Positions 37,036 to 50,964 of a stretch of DNA of 64,000 bases are shown here, piece by piece; position 1 is the stretch's first letter; each line of letters opens with the position of its first letter. Location of the stretch: NCBI RefSeq assembly GCF_044704955.1, contig NC_092003.1, positions 8,432,001 to 8,496,000 on the forward strand, in the 5' to 3' direction. Below the pieces are notes generated by a model. That model saw only the letters and a list, made by a program, of their open reading frames with translations. It was not told the DNA's origin and searched no databases. This DNA comes from Pristiophorus japonicus (Eukaryota). Both the position numbers and the translations under genes were made by a program.

Positions 37036-37924
37036 GTCGGGACATCCGTGAGACAAAGGTCCTCTACCAACCTGCCCCCTGCCACACAGCACTGCCCCCA
37101 CCCCACCCCACAGTTATCAAAATTCCCCACGAGGCCTTGGACAACGTGGACCATTTCCCATACCTCGGGAGGACGAGATCCAACACCGCCTCCAGTGCGC
37201 CAGTGCAGCCTTCGGCCACCTGAGGAAAAGAGTGTTTGAAGATCAGGCTCTCAAATCCACCACCAAGCTCATGGTCTACAGGGCTGTAGTGATACCCGCC
37301 CTCCTGTATGGCTCAGAGACGTGGACCATGTACAGTGGACACCTCAAAACACTGGAGAAGTACCATCAGCACTGCCTCCGCAAGATCCTGCAAATCCCCC
37401 GGGAGGACAGACGCACCAACATCAGCGTCCTCGACCAGGCCAACATCCCCAGCATCGAAGCACTGACCACACTCGACCAGCTCCGCTGGGCAGGGCCACA
37501 TTGTCCGCATGTCCCCGACACGAGACTCCCAAAGCAAGCGATCTACTCGGAACTCCGACACGGCAAGCGAGCCCCAGGTGGGCAGAGGAAACATTTCAGG
37601 GACCACCCTCAAAGCCTCCCTGATAAAGTGCAACATCCCCCACCGACACCTGGGAGTCCCTGGTCCAAAGACCAGTCCGCCCTAAGTGGAGGAAGTGCAT
37701 CCGGGAGGGCGCTGAGCACCTCGAGTCTCGTCGCCGAGAGCGTGCAGAAACCAAGCGCAGGCAGCGGAAGGAGCGTGCGGCAAACCAGTCCCACCCTCCC
37801 CTTCCCTCAACCACTGTCTGTCCCACCTGTGACAGGGACTGTGGTTCCCGTATTGGACTGTTCAGCCACCTGAGAACTCACTTTTGGAGTGGAAGGATTT
37901 CGAGGGACTGCCTATGACGACGAT
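37036..37924 (+). mobile_element. RTE-clade LINE 3' fragment flanked by a 136-bp direct repeat
   Basis: TKLMVYRAVVIPALLYGSETWT...CLRKILQI..LRW, zinc finger, TGA tail. Repeat at 36890-37025 and 37925-38060. Confidence 0.9.
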
Positions 37925-38369
37925 GAATAAGTTTGCAAACGGCCCGGGTTCCTTCCCTGGGCCTCAGCGCCCCCTAGGCTAGGGACGGGGGAAGTGAAGA
38001 AATAGCGGGTTCCTGCTCCTGACTGCCTCCTGCTGGTAACTTCCTACATTACAACAGCGACTACACTTCAGGAATACTTCACTGGCCGCAAAGCGCTTTG
38101 GGACGTCCGGTGGCTGCGAAAGATGCAGTGTAACCGCAAACCCTTTCTTTCTTTGATTTTTACGAGCGTGTTTGGATGGTGGACGGGGCTCGGCTCTGCT
38201 GCGCTCCCCCCACGGTTGAGCAGTCCGCCTAAACTCGCGCGTGGGGAGTGGCTGCCTCCACAGTATTTTGCTGTTTTTTCTGCTCGCTCAGCAAAATAAT
38301 CAAAGTCTTTGGGGGGCGGGGGGGGGGGGGGAAAAACCTCTAACACAGCGGCTGCAAGATGTTTACTAA

Positions 38370-40575
38370 TTCACAGAATGGTGGATTGATACAGCCATTC
38401 GGCCCATCGTGCCTGTGCCTGCTCTTTGAACTAGCGATCCGATTAGTCCCACTCCCTGCCCCCCCCCGCAAATCTTTTCCCTTCAAATAGTTATCCAATT
38501 CCCGGTTTGAAAGTTACCATTGAATCTGCTCCCACCGCCCTTTCAGGCAGCGCGTTCCCGATCACAACAACTCGCTGCGTAAATTAAACTCTCATCTCCC
38601 CTTCTGGTTCTTTTGCCACTGATCTTAAATCTCTGTCCGTCTGGTTACCGACCCTCATAGAATCACAGAAATTCACGGCACGGAAGGAAGCCATCTCGGC
38701 CCACCGTGTCCGCGCCGGCCGACCAAGAGCTACCCAGTCCTAATCCCACTTTCCCGCTCTGGGTCCGTAGCCCTGTCGGCTATAAGCGCACATCCAAGTA
38801 CTTTTTAAAGGGTTTCTGCCTCTACCACCCTTTCAGGCAGTGAGTTCCGCCCCAGAACCCCACCACCCTCTGGGCGAAGACATTTCCCCTCAAATCCCTT
38901 TGGAAGCGGGAACAGCTTCTTATTTACTCGCTCAAAACGCTTAAGGATTTTGAAACCCTCAATCAAATCTCCTCTTAATCGTCTCTGCTCTTGGGAGAAC
39001 CACCCCAGCTTTGCCAGTCTCTCCACGTCACTAAAATCGACCATCCCCGGGACCGTTCTACTAAATCTCCTCTGCACCCTCTCCAAGGCCGTGACGTCCT
39101 TACTAAAGTGCGGTGCCCAGGACTGGGCACAGTTCTCTGGCTGGGGCCTAACCAGTGTTTTACAGAGACAAGCCGTCAAATTGGTTATCTGAGGGTGGAT
39201 AAATTCCAGTCAGCACAGTGAGCACCTTGCATCTGATTTCGGAATTTTGTAATTTGAGGTTGTGAACATAGCAGGAGGAGGAGGCCATTCGGCCCCTCGA
39301 GCCTGCTCCACCATTCAGTGAGATCACGGCTGACCTTCGAACTCAACTCCACTTTCCCGCCCGATCCCTTGATTCCCCTAATATCCAAAAATCTATCGAT
39401 CCCAGCCTTGAATACACCCAACGACTGGGCCTCCACAGCCCTCTGGGGCAGAGAATTCCAAAGATTCACCCCCCTCTGAGTGAAGAAATTCCTCCTCATC
39501 TCAGTCCTAAATGGCCGACCCCTTATCCTGAGACTGTGTGACCCCCTGGTTCTAGACCCCCCCAGCCCGGGGGGGAAACACCCCCCCTGCATCCTACCCT
39601 GTCAATCCCCTCTCAGAATCTTACACGTTTCAACGAGATCACTCCCATTCTTCTAAACTCCAGAGAGTAGCAGCCCATTCTACACAATCTCTCCTCATTG
39701 GACAACCCTCTCATCCCAAGAATCAGTCTGGTGAACCTTCGTTGTACCGCCTCCAAGGCAAGTATATCCTTCCTTAGATAAGGAGACCAGAACTGATCGA
39801 GCATTATCTGCTTTTTGCGGAAGACAGTTCCAAACTTCTACCGCCCTTTGTGTGCACAGAGAGAATGTTCCCACTTGTGGGGAAGAGCATAACTAGAGGC
39901 CATCGATATAAGATCGTCACCCAGAAATCCAATGGGGAATTCAGGAGAAACTTCTTTACCCCAGAGAGGGGTGAGAATGTGGAACTCGCTGCCACAGGGA
40001 GGGGTTGAGGCGAATAGTATCGATGCAATGCTGCGTGCAGTTTTGGTTTCCATATTTACGAAAGGATATACTTGCTTTGGAGGCAGTTCAGAGAAGGTTC
40101 ACTCGGTTGATTCCAGGGGATGAGGGGGGTTGGCTTATGAGGAAAGGTTGAGGAGGTTGGGCCTCTACACATTGGAATTCAGAAGAATGAGAGGTGATCT
40201 TATCGAGACGTATAAGATTATGAGGGGGGCTCGACAAGGTGGATGCAGAGAGAATGTTTCCACTGATGGGGGAAGACTAGAACTAGGGGGCATGATCTTA
40301 GAATAAGGGGCCGCCCATTTAAAACTGAGATGAGGAGGAATTTCTTCTCTCGGAGGGTTGTAAATCTGTGGAATTCGCTGCTTCAGGGAGCTGTGGAGGC
40401 CGGGACATTGAATACATTTAAGACAGAGATAGACAATTTCTTAAACGATAAGGGAATAAGGGGAACGGGCGGGGAAGTGGAGCCGAGTCCATGATCGTAT
40501 CGGCCATGATCGTATTGAATGGCGGAGCAGGCTCGAGGGGCCCTATGGCCGACTCCTGCTCCTATTTCTGATGTA
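38370..40575. mobile_element. Cluster of CR1 fragments (mostly - strand; + strand at ~39860-40575)
   Basis: Multiple LERVQRRF / FFTQR..LWNSLP segments and tails. Confidence 0.85.
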
Positions 40576-40637
40576 AACCGATCTGCGATTCTACCGACGG
40601 GACGGAGGAGAGGAAACAGCAGCCAGTCGCTCAGTAC

Positions 40638-40893
40638 CCGCTAGGTTGTTGTAACAGTCGCACGTGGTGGTGTGGAGTAACTCCGTCTGCTCGGTGCTCA
40701 GCTTGACCTTCTCGACGCCAAACGCCTCCAGGGGGGTGGGCTCCTCGGGGTCCAGGCCCCTCAGATGCATGAGCGCCCAGTGGTACCTGCTAATGGCCTC
40801 GCGCACCTTCTTCTGCTTGAAGTGCTGGTTGCCCTCCACCTTGTATTGAATGGCTTGTTGAATTCGAGTCTCGAACTGGTCCTCGCGCCGATT
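40638..40893 (-). CDS. TTC9C: TTC9C-like exon 3
   Basis: Acceptor TTGTCTAG|AAT (phase 0). NRREDQFETRIQQAIQYKVEGNQHFKQKKVREAISRYHWALMHLRGLDP...LHTTTCDCYNNLA. Donor G|GTACTG, phase 1. Confidence 0.95.
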
Positions 40894-41039
40894 CTAGACA
40901 AGGGGGGGGTGAAAAGAGTTAGCGTGGGGATCTCAGAAATATTCCCGCCAAATTTAACTCCCCTCCCCACTCCTTGCTGGGGTACGGAGTCCCAGTGACC
41001 ACTGAGACCCCAGTGGGCATTATTGAGGTGGCGAGGCCT

Positions 41040-42062
41040 ATTCCCAACCTCGCCCGTCTCCGCCTCCTGCCTCAGCTCATCCGCTGCTGAAGCCCTCATC
41101 CGTACCTCTGTTACCTCCACACTTGACTATTCCAATGCACTCCTGGCCGGCCTCCCACATTCTACCAGACGTAAACTGGAGGTGATCCAAAACTCGGCTG
41201 CCCCCGTGTCCTAACTCACACCGAGTCCCGCTCACCCATCACCCCCCTGTGCTCGCTGTCCCGTGTCCTAACTCGCACCGAGTCCCGCTCACCCATCGCC
41301 CCCTGTGCTCGCTGTCCCGTGTCCTAACTCGCACCAAGTCCCGCTCACCCATCACTCCCTGTGCTCACTGCCCCCGTGTCCTAACTCGCACCGAGTCCCG
41401 CTCACCCACCACCCCCTGTGCTCGCTGCCCCCGTGTCCTAACTCGCACCGAGTCCCGCTCACCCATCAACCCGTGTGCTCGCTGCCCCCGTGTCCTAACT
41501 CGCACCGAGTCCCGCTCACCCATCAACCCGTGTGCTCGCTGCCCCCCGTGTCCTAACTCGCACCGAGTCCCACTCACCCATTACCCCCTGTGCTCGCGGA
41601 CCCGTGTCCTAACCCGCACCGAGTCCCGCTCACCCATCACCCCCTGTGCTCGCTGACCTACATTGGCTCCGGGTCTGGCAACGCCTCGATTTTCAGATTT
41701 TCATCCTTGTTTTCAAATCCCTCCATGGCCCTCGCCCCTCCCTATCTCTGTAATCTTCTCCAGCCCCACAACCCCCCAATATCTCTGCGCTCCTCTAATT
41801 CTGCCCTCTTGAGCATCCCTGATTATAATCACTCCGCCATTAGCGGCCGTGCCTTCTGTTGCCTGGGCCCCAAGCTCCCTAAACTTCTCCGCCTCTCTCT
41901 CCTTCTTTAAAAGCTTTAAGTTTAAAACCTATCTTTTGGCCCTGTCCTACTATCTCCTGATGCGGTTCGGTGTCAAGCTTTGTTTGATAATGCTCCTGTT
42001 AAACGCCGTGGGATGTTTTCCTACATTGAAGGCGCTGTATAAATGCAAGCTGTAGTTGTGGT
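41040..42062 (+). mobile_element. L2 3' fragment with 56/57-bp array (~41203-41655)
   Basis: LDYSNALLAGLPHST..KLEVIQNSAA followed by the array and the L2 end. Confidence 0.9.
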
Positions 42063-42469
42063 TATTCGACCATGGGTGGTATCACAGTTGTCCTCACCTT
42101 TCCAGCTGGAGGCTCTCGATCGTGCTCGGGAGGGGGGACCCTGGCTGACTCCCCTCATCCCCACAAATGGAGGGACAACCGAGGCTGTCAGTAACCTCCC
42201 CCTCCCCCCCCCCCCCCCCCCCCCCTTAATACGCAGGTCGAGAATAGCGGTCGGAGCAGAGGCAGCAAGTGACACAGCTCGGGTCTGCAATGGAGGGCTC
42301 ATAAAACGTTCGCAAGTAAAGAGAAGGCGCAGGCCTGACCTGATAGAGGCCTTAAAATTTATGAAGGGGGTTCGATCAGGTAGACGTAGAGAATATGTGC
42401 CACTTGTAGTTGAGACCAGAACTAGGGGTCATAAGATGGAACAGCGTGGTTACACTCGGTGCTACTCCA

Positions 42470-43832
42470 TCTTGCATTTATATAGCGCCGTTCACGGCCA
42501 CCGGATGTCCCAAAGCGCTTTACAGCCCAATGAAGTACAGTTTTGGAGTGCAGTCGCTGTTGTAATGTGGGAAACGCGGCAGCCAATTTGCGCACAGCAA
42601 GCTCCCACAAACAGCAATGTGATAATGGTCGGATAATCTGTTTTAGCGATGTTGGTTGAGGGATAAATATTGGCCCCAGGACACCGGGGAGAACTCCCCC
42701 TGCTCTTCATCGAAATAGTGCCATGGGATCTTTTACATCCACCCGAGAGGGCAGACGGGGCCTCTGTTTAACGTCTCATCCAAAAGACGGCACCTCCGAC
42801 AGTGCGGGGCTCCCTCAGTACTGCCCCTCCGACAGTGCGGCGCTCCCTCAGTACTGCCCCTCCGACAGTGCGGCGCTCCCTCAGTACTGCCCCCTCCGAC
42901 AGTGCGGCGCTCCCTCAGTACTGCCCCTCCGACAGTGCGGCGCTCCCTCAGTACTGCCCCTCCAACAGTGCGGCGCTCCCTCAGTACTGCCCCTCCGACA
43001 GTGCGGCGCTCCCTCAGTACTGCCCCTCCGACAGTGCGGCGCTCCCTCAGTACTGCCTCTCCGACAGTGCGGGGCTCCCTCAGTACTGCCCCTCCGACAG
43101 TGCGGCGCTCCCTCAGTACTGCCTCTCCGACAGTGCGGTGCTCCCTCAGTACTGCCCCTCTGACAGTGCGGCACTCCCTCAGTACTGCCCCTCTGACAGC
43201 GCAGTACGGCACTCCCTCAGTACTGCCCCTCCGACAGTGCGGCGCTCCCTCAGTACTGCCCCTCCGACAGTGCGGCACTCCCTCAGTACTGCCCCTCTGA
43301 CAGTGCGGCACTCCCTCAGTACTGCCCCTCTGACAGCGCAGTACGGCACTCCCTCAGTACTGCCCCTCCGACAGTGCGGCACTCCCTCAGTACTGCCCCT
43401 CCGACAGTGCGGCGCTCCCTCAGTACTGCCCCTCTGACAGTGCGGCACTCCCTCAGTACTGCCCCTCCGACAGCGCAGTACGGCACTCCCTCAGTACTGC
43501 CCCTCCGACAGCGCAGTACGGCACTCCCTCAGTACCGCCCCTCCGACAGCGCAGTGCGGCACTCCCTCAGTACCGCCCCTCCGACAGCGCAGTGCGGCAC
43601 TCCCTCAGTACCGCCCCTCCGACAGCGCAGTGCGGCACTCCCTCAGTACAGCCCCTCCGACAGCGCAGTGCGGCGCTCCCTCAGTACTGCCCCTCCGACA
43701 GCGCAGTGCGGCACTCCCTCAGTACTGCACTGCGAGTGTCGGCCTGGATTTATGTGTTCAAGTCTCTGGAGTGGGGCTCGAAACCACAACCTTCGGACTC
43801 AGAAGCGAGCGAGAGATACGCACTGAGCCACA
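42470..43832 (-). mobile_element. Full DeuSINE-like element with 33/38-bp array (~42791-43730)
   Basis: Head TGTGGCTCAGTG...GGTTTCGAGCCCC, array, body, tail. Confidence 0.9.
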
Positions 43833-44477
43833 ATGAGGCACATTTTGGAGTGTGCTCACTGTTGTAATGTGGGAAACGCAGCAGCCAATTTGCGCACAGC
43901 AAGCTCCCACACACAGCGATGTGATAATGACCCAGATCATCTGTTTTAGTGATGTTGGTTGAGGGATAAATATTGGCCCCAGGACACCGGGGAGAACTCC
44001 CCCTGCTCTTCTTCCAATAGTGGCCCCGGGATCTTTTACATCCGCCCTGCTCTCCTCTCCCACCTGCTCCGTGCCCCCCCCCGGCTCCCTCTCACCTGCG
44101 TTGCCATGGCTCTGGCAGTAACCCGGCAACTTCCTGCCCCGGCAACCGTGCAAACTGCCTGTGACCTCACCCTGCACCCTGACCCGGAAGTGAACATCAG
44201 GAGCCCTGCCCAGGGCTGAAGCCAGCCTGGGATCTGCCATTCCTTTCCCCCCCCTTGTCATGTGACCAGCACCAGTCTGGGCTCTGCCCCTTGTCATGTG
44301 ATCAGGGCCCACTACACAGGCAGACAGAGACAATTGCTTTGAATAATGTGTGTTTTCCCTCTTGTAGAAAGACAAATTATTTGCCTTTCCCCTCAATCTG
44401 GGACCCCAAAATTCATCTTTTGCTCAATTCAATAATTAAACAGGTCAGGAATGGGAATAATTCAATAGATTGATTAA

Positions 44478-45090
44478 ATTTATATGGCGCCTTTCACACC
44501 TCAGGACGTCCCAAAGCGTTTTACAGCCAATTTTTGGACTGCAGTCACTGTTGTAATGTGGGAAACGCCAATTTGCGCACAGCAAGATCCCACACACAGC
44601 AATGTGATAATGACCCAGATCATCTGATTTAGTGATGTTGGTTGAGGGATAAATATTGGCCCCTTTACATCCACCTGAGAGAGCAGACGGGGCCTCAGTT
44701 TAACGTCTCATCTGAAAGACGGCCCCTCCGACAGTGCGGCGCTCCCTCAGTACTGCCCCTCCGACAGTGTGGTGCTCCCTCAGTACCGCCCCTCCGAAAG
44801 TGCGGTGCTCTCTCAGTACCGCCCCTCTGACAGTGCGGCACTCCCTCAGTACTGCCCCTCCGACAGTGCGGCACTCCCTCAGTACTGCCCCTCCGACAGT
44901 GCGGCGCTCCCTCAGTACTGCCCCTCCGACAGTGCGGCGCTCCCTCAGTACTGCCCCTCCGACAGTGCGGCGCTCCCTCAGTACTGCACTGGGATTGTCA
45001 GCCTAGTTTCATGTGTTCAAGACCCTGGAGTGGAACTTGAACCCACAACCCTCTGAGTCAGAGGCAAGTGTGCTGCCCACTGAGCCACTG
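44478..45090 (-). mobile_element. Full DeuSINE-like element with 33-bp array (~44723-44988)
   Basis: Head, ~8 units, body, tail. Confidence 0.9.
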
Positions 45091-45705
45091 GCCTTCATTG
45101 GAGCTGTTTGTACGTCGCCCTTGAAGCCTCAGTTAGAATCACAGAAATTTACAGCACGGAAGGAAGCCATTTCGGCCCATCATGTCTGTGCCGGCCGACA
45201 AAGAGTCATCCAGCCTATTCCCACTTTCCAGCTCTCGGTCCGTAGCCCTGTAGCTTACGGCACTTCAAGTGCATATCCAAGTACTTTTTAAGTGCGTTTT
45301 ACAGGCAATGAATTACTTTTGAATTGTGGGAAATGTGGCAGCCAATTTGCGCACAGCAAGCTCCCACAAACAGCAATGTGATAATGACCGGGATGTTGGT
45401 TGAGGGATAAATACTGACTGCACGTAAATGCACCCCATCTGTATAAGAACATAAGAAATAGGAGCAGGAGTAGGCCATTCGGCTCCTTGAGCCATTCAAT
45501 AAGATCATGGCTGATCTACCTCAACTCCACATTCCTGCACTGTCTCCATATCCCTTAAAATCCAAAAATCTATCGATCTCAGCCTTGAATATACTCAACG
45601 ACTGAGCCTCCACAGCTCTCTTGGCCAGAGAATTCCAAAGATTCACCACCGTCTGAGTGAAGAAATTCCTTCTCATTACAGTCCTAAATGGCCGACCGCT
45701 TATTC

Positions 45706-46760
45706 AAGGCTGACACTTCAGTGCAGTACTGAGGGAGCGCCGCACTGTCGGAGGGGCAGTACTGAGGGAGCGCCGCACTGTCAGAGGGGCAGTACTGAGG
45801 GAGCGCTGCGCTGTCGGAGGGGCAGTACTGAGGGAGCGCTGCGCTGTCGGAGGGGCAGTATTGAGGGAACGCCGCACTGTCGGAGGGGCAGTACTGAGTG
45901 AGCGCCGCACTGTCGGAGGGGCAGTACTGAAGGAGTGCCGCAGTGTCGGAGGGGCAGTATTGAGGGAGCACCGCACTGTCGGAGGGGCAGTACTGAGGGA
46001 GCGCCGCGCTGTCGGAGGGGCAGTACTGAGGGAGCGCCGCACTGTCAGAGGGGCAGTACTGAGGGAGCGCTGCGCTGTCGGAGGGGCAGTACTGAGGGAG
46101 CGCTGCGCTGTCGGAGGGGCAGTATTGAGGGAACGCCGCACTGTCGGAGGGGCAGTACTGAGGGAGCGCCGCACTGTCGGAGGGGCAGTACTGAAGGAGT
46201 GCCGCAGTGTCGGAGGGGCAGTATTGAGGGAGCACCGCACTGTCGGAGGGGTAGTACTGAGGGAGCGCCGCGCTGTCGGAGGGGCAGTACTGAGGGAGCC
46301 CCGCACTGTCGGAGGGGCAGTACTGAGGGAGCGCCGCACTGTCGGAGGGGCAGTACTGAGGGAGCGCCGCACTGTCGGAGGGGCAGTACTGAGGGAGCGC
46401 CGCACTGTCGGAGGGGCCATCTTTCGGATGAGACGTTAAACCAAGGCCCCATCTGCTCTCTCAGATGGACATGAAAGACATGGCACTATTGGAAGAAGAG
46501 CATGGCACTATTGGAAGAAGAGCAGGGGAGTTCTCCCCGGTGTCCTGGGGCCAATATTTATCCCTCAACCAACCTCACTAAATCAGATAATCTGGGTCAT
46601 TATCACATTGCTGTGTGTGGGAGCTTGCTGTGCGCAAATTGGCGTTTCCCACATTACAACAGTGACCACACTCCAAAAAGTACTTCATTGGCTGTAAAGC
46701 GCTTTGGGACGCGCGGTGGTCATGAAAGGCGCTATATAAATGCAAGTCTTTCTTTCTTTC
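45706..46760 (+). mobile_element. DeuSINE-like element with 33-bp array (~45720-46415)
   Basis: Array with a 264-bp higher-order duplication; body; tail GGCGCTATATAAATGCAAGTCTTTCTTT. Confidence 0.9.
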
Positions 46761-47203
46761 AATCAGCACTTGATTGTCGATGATCAAATTTCTTTTCTTT
46801 TTACAGACAGAAAGAAGTTTCAAAGTTCCAGTGCTGGAGGGTTACAAATAGCCGTAGCATTTATTTACTGAGAAGAAATCAAACAAAAGGGGCAGTCTGT
46901 ACACAGAGCCAGCACAGCACAGCGAGTTGCTAACACAGCATTCTGGAAACTCTTTGCCCGTGAGGTACAGGTCCGTGTCCCTGCAGGGGGAGTTTGGAGG
47001 GACATAAATGCGCTATTGTCGACATCAGAGGAGGACATCGCCACCTGGCTGTGACTTCGAATGGCCGCCGGCGAGCGAACGAGTTTGCTCAGTGGTCTGC
47101 CCGTTCATAAATCGATTCTGAAAGAAACGCAAAGGGCAGCTGTGAGAGTGTGGCCGCGGGCAAACGAGCGAGCTAGCGGAGAAAATTGCTTCAATACCAT
47201 TAC

Positions 47204-47249
47204 CAGCATTCCCTCAAGCTCGTCGATCTCCTCCTTATCCAACAGCGCC
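47204..47249 (-). CDS. TTC9C: TTC9C-like exon 2 (46-nt exon of the N-terminal extension)
   Basis: Acceptor TGTGTTTTACAG|G; (R)ALLDKEEIDELEGML; donor CTG|GTAATG. Bridges the phase-2 end of exon 1 to the phase-0 start of exon 3 and lies in a unique island among repeats. Confidence 0.7.
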
Positions 47250-47309
47250 CTGTAAAACACAGGCATCAGCAAGGGTGCAGGTTACAGTCAGTGCATTGTG
47301 GCACGCTTT

Positions 47310-47675
47310 CCTCAACAACAACAACTTATATTTATATGGCGCCTTTAAAATACTAAAACGTCACACGGCGCTTCACAGCAGTGTTATAACACAAAACAGA
47401 TACATTTGACACTGAGCCGCAGAAGAAGAAATAACGGCAGGGTCAAAGAGGTCAGTTTTAAGGAGCGTCTTCAAGGAGGAGAGGTTTAGGGAGGGAGTTC
47501 CAGAGCTTGGGGCCCAGGCAGCTGAAGGCACAGCCACCAATGGTGGAGCGATTATAATCAGGGATGGTCAGGAGGGCAGAATTTGAGGAGCGCAGAGATC
47601 TCGGGGGGGTTGTGGGGCTGGAGGAGATTACAGAGATAGGGAGGGATTTGTAAACAAGGATGAGAATTTTGAAAT
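47310..47675 (-). mobile_element. L2 3' end
   Basis: FKILILVYKSL...GGCAFSCLGPKLWNSLP, (GTT)n tail. Confidence 0.8.
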
Positions 47676-47677
47676 CC

Positions 47678-49860
47678 TCATAGAAAATTACGACACAAGA
47701 GGCCATCGTGTCCGCGCCGGCCGACCAAGAGCTACCCGGCCTAATCCCACTTTCCAGCTCTCGGTCCGTAGTCCTGTAGGTTACAAGTGCACATCCAGGT
47801 ACTTTTTAAATGTGGTGAGGGTTTCTGCCTCTACCACCCTTTCAGGCAGTGAGTTCCAGCCCAGACCCCCACCACCCTCTGGGTGAAGAGAAGACATTTC
47901 CCCTCAAATCCCCTCTAAACCTTCCCCCAATTACTTTAACTCTGTGCCCCCTGGTTGTTGACCCCTCTGCTAAGGGAAATAGGTCCGTCCTATCGACTCT
48001 ATCCAGGCCCCTCATCATTTTATACACCTCAATCAGGTCTCCCCTCAGCCTCCTCTGTTCCAAGGAAATCAACCCCAGCCTATCCAATCTTTCCTCATCG
48101 CTAAAGTTTTCCACTCCTGACAACATCCTCGTAAATCTCCTCTGTACCCTCTCTAGTGCAATCACATCTTACATAGAAACATAGAAAATAGGTGCAGGAG
48201 TAGGCCATTCGGCCCTTCGAGCCTGCACCACCATTCAATAAGATCATGGCTGATCATTCACCTCAGTACCCCTTTCCTGCTTTCTCTCCATACCCCTTGA
48301 TTCCTTTAGCGGTAAGGGCCACATCTAACTCCCTCTTGAATATATCCAATGAACTGGCATCAACAACTCTCTGCGGTAGGGAATTCCACAGGTTAACAAC
48401 TCTCTGAGTGAAGAGGTTTCTACTCATTTCAGTCTTAAATGGCTTACCCCTTATCCTTAGACTGTGTCCCCTGGTTCTGGACTTCCCCAACATCAGGAAC
48501 ATTCTTCCTACATCTAACCTGTCCAGTCCCTTCAGATTTTTATATGTTTCTATGAGATCCCCTCTCACCCTTCGAAATTCCAGTGAATACAGGCCCAGTC
48601 AATCCAATCTCTCCTCATATATCAGTCCTGCCATCTCGGGAATCAGTCTGGTGAACCTTCGCTGCACTCTCTCAATAGCAAGAACGTCCTTCCTCAGATT
48701 AGGAGACCAAAACTGAACACAATATTCCAGGTGAGGCCTCACCAAGGTCCAGTACAACTGCAGCAAGACCTCCCTGCTCCTATACTCAAATCCCCTAGCT
48801 ATAAAGGCCAACATGCCATTTGCCTTCTTCACCGCCTGCTGTACCTGCATGCCAACTTTCAATGACTGATGTACCATGACACCCAGGTCTCGTTGCACCT
48901 CCCCTTTTCCTAATCTGCCGCCATTCAGATAATATTCTGACTTTGTTTTTGCCACCAAAGCGGATAACCTCACATTTATCCACATTATACTGCATCTGCC
49001 ATGCATTTGCCCACTCACCTAACCTGTCCAAGTCACCCTGCAGCCTCTTAGTGCCCTCCTCACAGCTCACACCGCCACCCAGTTTAATGTCATCTGCAAA
49101 CTTGGAGATATTACACTCAAATTCCTTCATCTAAATCGTTAATGTATATCGTAAATAGCTGGGGTTCCAGCACTGAGCCCTGCGGCACTCCACTAGTCAC
49201 TGCCTGCCATTTTGAAAAGGACCCGTTTATCCCGACTCTCTGCTTCCTGTCTGCCAACCAGTTCTCTATCCACGTCAGTACATTACCCCCAATACCATGT
49301 GCTTTGATTTTGCACACCAATCTCGTGTGTGGGACCTTGTCAAACGCCTTTTGAAAGTCCAAATACACCACATCCACTGGTTCTCCCTTGTCCACTCGAC
49401 TAGTTACATCCTCAAAAAATTCTAGAAGATTTGTCAAGCATGATTTCCCTTTCATAAATCCATGCTGACTTGGACTGATCCTGTCACTGCTTTCCAAATG
49501 CGCTGCTATTACATATTTAATAATTGATTCCAACATTTTCCCCACTGCTGATATCAGGCTAACCCGTTTTCTCTCTCCCTCCTTTTTTAAAAAGTGGTGT
49601 TACATTAGCTACCCTTCAGTCCATAGGAACTGATCCAGAGTCGATAGACCTGTAATGCGGTGACCAGAACTGCGCGCAGTACTCCAGCTGTGGCCTAATT
49701 AGTGTTTTATACAATTCAAGCATAACCTCCCCCCACCCCCCCACCCTGCTCTTGTATTCTATGCCTCGGCTAATAAAGGAAAGCATTCCGAATGCCTTTT
49801 TAACTACATTATCTACCTGGCTTGTTACGTTTGAGGATCTGTGGACATACACTCCTATAT
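47678..49860 (-). mobile_element. CR1 fragment split by a longer frameshifted CR1 RT fragment (~48170-49645)
   Basis: [37 protein letters not shown]; the host resumes at ~49650. Confidence 0.9.
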
Positions 49861-50245
49861 TCCCAGTCTGCACCAATGTTCACGTTAAGCTGCCCAGCAA
49901 TCTGGAATCCTGAGCAGCTGGACCACCAACTTTCAAATGGAAAATATAACACCCAAGAAGAAAAATTAAAGAGGGAACATTGGCCCCCATGACCAATCAA
50001 GTGGCTGTTCTTCCTGTGTGAGGCCAGAGCTACTCGGCCATGGGGGGGGGGCATCGCAGACAAGCATGATCCTTTCGATACTGGTTGCTTATTTTAAATG
50101 GTGGTGATGGGGTGGGGGAGGGTGACGGCTGGCTGGGTCATCTTCTGGATGGCACTGAGGCACACTGCCGCCTGCTCCCTGCCCCGGCTGATGCCAGGAG
50201 AAAACTGGGTGGTATGTAGCAGGATCCCACCAGGGCTGAGTGGTC

Positions 50246-50900
50246 AACATAAGAAATAGGAACAGGAGTCGGCCATTTGGCCTCTCGAGCCTGCTCCGCC
50301 ATTCAATACAATCAGGGCTGATCTGATCATGGGCTCAGCTCCACTTCCCTGCCCGCACCCTTTACTCCCTTATCGCTCAAAAATCTGTCTATCTCCGCCT
50401 TAAATATATTCAATGACCCAGCCTCCACAGCTCTCTGGGGCAGAGAATTCCAGAGATTTACAACCTTCTGAGAGAAGAAATTCCTCCTCATCTCTGTTTT
50501 AAATGGGCGGCCCCTTATTCTGAGACTATGCCCCCTAGTTTTAGTTTCCCCTATGAGTGGAAACATCCTCTCTGCATCCACCTTGTCGAGCCTCTCATTA
50601 TCTTATGTTTCGATAAGATCACCTCTCATTCTTCTGAACTCCAATGAGAATAGGCCCAACATATCTTTATTAGTCAACCCCTTCATCTCCGGAATCAACC
50701 TCGTGAACCTTCTCTGAACAGCCTCCAAAGCAAGTATATCCTTCCTTAAATACGGAGACCAGTACTCCAGTTGAAGCAAGACTTCTCTGCTTTTATACTC
50801 TATCCCCCTTGCAATAAAGGGCAAGATTCCATTTGCCTTCCTGATCACTTGCTGTACCTGAATACTAACCTTTTGTGTTTCATGCACAAGGACTCTCAGG
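50246..50900 (-). mobile_element. CR1 3' fragment
   Basis: RKDILALEAVQRRFTRLIP; FFSQKVVNLWNSLP. Confidence 0.9.
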
Positions 50901-50964
50901 TCAGGGCATTTATCAATTCAAACCATCAGGGGGAGCCAGAGCGCAGTTTACAGTCGGTTTATGC

